NCBI GenBank assembly: GCA_951406725.2
Contig: OX597829.1
Location: 56,110,001 to 56,174,000, forward strand
Length of the DNA: 64,000 nt
Reading direction: 5' to 3'
Origin: Octopus vulgaris
Taxonomy: Eukaryota
The notes under the pieces were generated by a model that worked only from the letters and a program-made list of their open reading frames with translations, made no database searches and had not been told where the DNA came from. The position numbers were made by a program, and so were the translations under genes. Positions 59,066 through 64,000 of the stretch are shown one piece after another; position 1 is the stretch's first letter, and the number at the start of each line of letters is the position of its first letter.

Positions 59066-59657
59066 ATAAAAGTATGTACAATGGCAAATATCTTCAACTA
59101 ATATCAATAAACCCATTTTCTTTATTTTCACATATTCTTCATCTGACCATTAGTATTCCTCCTTTTCACTAATTTTGATGCTGCGTTCATATCAGGCGGT
59201 CGATTGGTCTTCATAGTTAATAATCTTAATCTGAATATTCCCTGTGTTTGTTGTTGTTTTTTAATTATCAAAACTGTAGCTGCATTCAGGTTTGTTGGCA
59301 TCTTATGCTTCCTTGTTGGCAATCTTCCTATATAAATCCTATTTCTTTATTTTTAGGAAAATCTTATATAAATAAATATATAGTAGTCTTTTTTATCTAT
59401 CCAAGTAAGATTTTTTTTACCTTCCGTACAAGTCTATTTGGATCAAATCAATTGATGTCGCTAATATATCGAAGAACTGTTTGTCAGCACCTTCTATATT
59501 TAGAACAGATTCCAACACTTTTTATTATTAGTTTGTTGTAAGACAAGCTCTATGTATTTCTTAGGTCAGAATGTTATCTTTTAGCAGTACTCATATACAT
59601 ACAAACACATACACGTATAGATGAGTGTATTTCTCTCTCTCTCTCTCTCTATGTATG

Positions 59658-60317
<660 letters not shown>

Positions 60318-60319
60318 CG

Positions 60320-60351
<32 letters not shown>

Positions 60352-62486
60352 TGTATGTATGTATAAATGTATTTATATTAGTCTACTTTTAAGAGAAAGT
60401 GGATCTACAACAGTTACTCATTCGGTTTGTAATTAGCTCAATGTTTGCTATCATCTTACATTCCCCAAATTAAATCTGTTACTAATTAGTTTTAAGTTTG
60501 GAACCGTATCAAATCAATTTTCTTTGGCATAAAATATAGGGTCTCTATAAAAACTTGTGGTTAAGTGTTGATATTCTTTAATTTTGTATAAACCATAATT
60601 TGTTTTAAAGGAATTAATGATGCTAGTATTTTGACAAATGAAGAGTAGGAAAGAATATAATAAATATTGAAGTGAGCTTTTTTTTAATAATAAAGTTCTC
60701 TATGCGTAACAACACAATAGTTGATAGTTTTCCTCTTTTGTGTGTGTTTTTATCTAGAGGAGTTTTTTTCTCGGTATCTGTATAGTTCTATTCAAGTCCC
60801 TTTCTTAATATCATCCAGGTAATCAACCAGTAAATGTAACACAACAAATAATTTATTGAGGAAAACGCAATAGTGTAACGCTTTATTACTTTAAGATAAT
60901 TATTTTTAATTGTATACCAATATATTTTAAAATCTAATATATTGGATTGTAGTACAACATTGACAATGGAAGCTGTCGTGCAATGCATTGTCTTAACTCA
61001 ATTTATGCCCCAAATTTGAGATACATGTTATAGATGATAGCATATTATCTACAGACTATTGTGATAGGCTATATCAGGAATTTATTTTATAATGGATTTT
61101 CGGGGTTTTTTTCTTTTAGCATTTTTAAAAGAAAATTTAATTTCCCATTATTTTCGCCAATCTTGGAAGCCTGAAAAACCAAAGTTGAAGATGGGAAATT
61201 AAACGTCGAAAATTGAATACGACGATCTAATGTCGACTCGCTACCCTTCAATTTTATTATTGATTTCTTTTTTTTTAGACTAGACACAAAATTCCAAAGA
61301 TTTATGGAAAGGTATAAATGGGAACTGTGACGCTCAAGCCTCTCCCAATGGCTTTAGAAGAGTAAGTAAATTGGTTTAGCCACAACCAGGAATCGAACCC
61401 GCATTCAAAATTGGCACATGGAAACCTTAACGCTTTGTCTGCAACACTTTTCATTTTTCTTGTAATAACATTTGTCTGTTGTGTGTTGATTTACATGACA
61501 CGGACGTTATTACATTCTATCAAACAAATCGGGTCCCAGTTGTGTGTTAGTTACTAAAGAGAGTTGAGGAAACACGAATTAATAAATAATTTGTATTCAC
61601 TCGCCTTCCTTAGACTGATACTAAAAATACTTACATTCGGTTACTTTCCTCACACATTTGCATTAAACGTAATTAGAATATTTATTATAGTTTACCTTAA
61701 TGCCGTCTTAGATGTGAAAACAATCCATTGTGGTTGTCACCTCGATGTATTGCAAGGCCAACAATTAGAGCGATTTTGAGGGCTCTAGCTGAGTGATGCA
61801 CATGATTAAGATAGGGGTGCAATCAAAATTTAATGATAGAAGAAGCGTTTGTGTTTTCTTGTTGCTGAAAGACACTTCTGTTCACTGGACGGTATCTTCA
61901 AGTTTTCTCTTCTCGTTGTCGGTGTACGTTTAGCGTGTAATATCCAGGTTGCGAACGGATAATGTAAAATCGGTGTATATTAGGGAGAAAAGAAGGAAAT
62001 GAAGGGTAGTGTTGTAGTACGTAAGTCCTTGATTTATAAGAGGAGAATGGAAGATCAAACCGAAACTCAGGGTACGCTAGAATTTCTAGAATGGAGAGCA
62101 GAAAGAACTTCATCAACATGTACGGTCTAGTATAAAGCTAACGATCCAGGTTGTTTGTGTACGCGTAAGTACGTGTGAATGGCCGCATATTTCAACACAC
62201 TAAATCTAGCATTAATATTATATTTTGTTTGTTTGTTTTTTTAAGGTAGAAAGCTGGTAGAATCATTACGGTGCCGGGCGATATGCTTAGCGGTTTTTCG
62301 TCCATCCTAATTTTCTGAGTTCGAATTCCGCCGAGGACGACTTCGCCTTTCCTCCTTACGGGGTCGAGGAAATAAGTTCCGGCCGAGGACTAATGTCGAT
62401 GTAATTGACTTAATCTCGCCCCTGAAATTTCTGGCCTTCTGCCAAAGTTTAAAACCAATATTATGTTTTACTTTATTTCTTTTCAG

Positions 62487-62683
62487 GTAAAGGTGATGTC
62501 TTTGGAGACAACTTTTGGAAGGAATCGACAGTTGGACAATCTGCTGCTAATGTAAAAGCACTTACATACTGTGATCTTCATGTTATCAAACGAGACAACT
62601 TGTTAAGTGTTTTGAAATTCTATCATTCATTTTCTCATTCTTTTGAGCGGAACCTGACGTTGACATACAACCTGAGACACAGA
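62487..62683 (+). CDS. eag: Eag K+ channel internal exon (C-half of CNBHD including the YNL intrinsic ligand); missed by the ORF track
   Basis: ttcttttcag|GT acceptor in phase 1, matching the previous donor. Translates [66 protein letters not shown], then donor AGA|gtacgt at 62684. Confidence 0.96.
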
Positions 62684-62929
62684 GTACGTATCTTTCTATA
62701 ATTCACATCTGTTTATGTAGAGATATGAGCTGCAGTTCGTCTAATTAACTGACGGTTCGTTTATACATGGAGTAAGATATGAAGGGAGGTAATTATAATT
62801 AACGCAATTCAGGTGCAGCCACATGGTTCACTGTGTGGCACCTTGGGCAAGTATCTTCTACTGTAGCCTTGAGACGACCAAAGCCTTGTGAGTGGATTTG
62901 GTAGACGAAAACTGAAAGAAGCCCATTGC

Positions 62930-62992
<63 letters not shown>

Positions 62993-63107
62993 ATGTGTGA
63001 CTATGTGTGTGTCTTTGTGCCTGGGTTTGTCTCCAACCACCATTTGACAACCGGTGTTGGTATATTTACTTCCCTATAACTTAAAGACTCGGCAAAAGAG
63101 ACCGATA

Positions 63108-63168
<61 letters not shown>

Positions 63169-64000
63169 GGGGAGAGAGAGATACATGCATACATACATGC
63201 ATGTATACATGCATACATAAATACATGCATACACACATACGTACATACATACATTCATACATGCATACATACATACATACATACATGCATACATACATAC
63301 ATACATGTATGCATACATACATACATACATACATAAATACATGTATGCATACATGTATGTATGTATGCATACAAACATACATACATTCATACATACATAT
63401 ATACATACATACATACATACATGTCTGTTAGAATTAAAAAATGACATCGAGCCAGCAAAATTACTGCGCGCCGAACAAAATACTTAGCAGTTCAATTTTC
63501 GCCGAGGTCAACTTTGCCTTTCATCATTGTCAGGTCGATAAAATAAGTACAAGTTGAGTTCCAGGAGCCACGTAATCGACTGACCCTTCTCTTTAAAATT
63601 GCTTGATTAGTGCCAAAATTTGCAGCCATTTCTATTAATACAGCGCACCACTGTTAAGTACATTGTACTCTACAGCGTGTGGCGCAACATTGCAAAATTC
63701 CCATGTACGATATATGCTTCCATTTATAATACATACCTTGTCAGTACTTATATGTTGGTTATGAGGAAGATGATGGAGAATATAGTAGGGAAAGAAGAAA
63801 GAACTGTAAATAATTTTAAAATAGATCATTAGATGGCGCTGTGTATTATCTTATAAACTATACAAATGAATGTGAAAACGTAATGGGTTGAATATGTTGA
63901 AGGTTTGATTATGTATTTGCATTCCTTATTGAATTTCTTCAATTCACAGCCGTTATCAACATTTAGTTCGATAAAGCGATCTGTTGTGGTGCGCAATCAT

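Overview
This is AT-rich, microsatellite-dense animal genomic DNA. The SINE and retroelement families and the (TA)n/(TACA)n/(AAT)n load look like an octopus (coleoid cephalopod), which is an inference and not a database result. The window holds three internal exons of a + strand ether-a-go-go (Eag/KCNH1-type) K+ channel gene: 4781-4980 (S6 and C-linker), 45976-46228 (C-linker and CNBHD) and 62487-62683 (CNBHD with the YNL intrinsic ligand). The exons are joined by GT-AG introns of about 41 kb and 16 kb. The introns are filled with decayed transposons: Penelope-like elements (PLEs), REL/R4-type, RTE and CR1 LINE fragments, two Tc1 copies, three SINE families and MITE-like foldbacks. Almost all ORF-track entries are microsatellite artefacts. 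Main leads: (1) the conserved S6 glycine is encoded as Ser (AGT), and four more codons are one A>G change from the Eag consensus, which suggests restorative A-to-I recoding, with a possible intronic pairing partner; (2) several minimal hammerhead ribozymes, one with an intact core on the pre-mRNA strand; (3) a TSD-flanked, tRNA-headed, hammerhead-tailed foldback element that looks like a Penelope-mobilised SINE; (4) repeated near-zero-spacer hairpins at PLE 5' ends; (5) (AAT)n and (ATGT)n tracts acting as landing pads for serial retroelement insertion.
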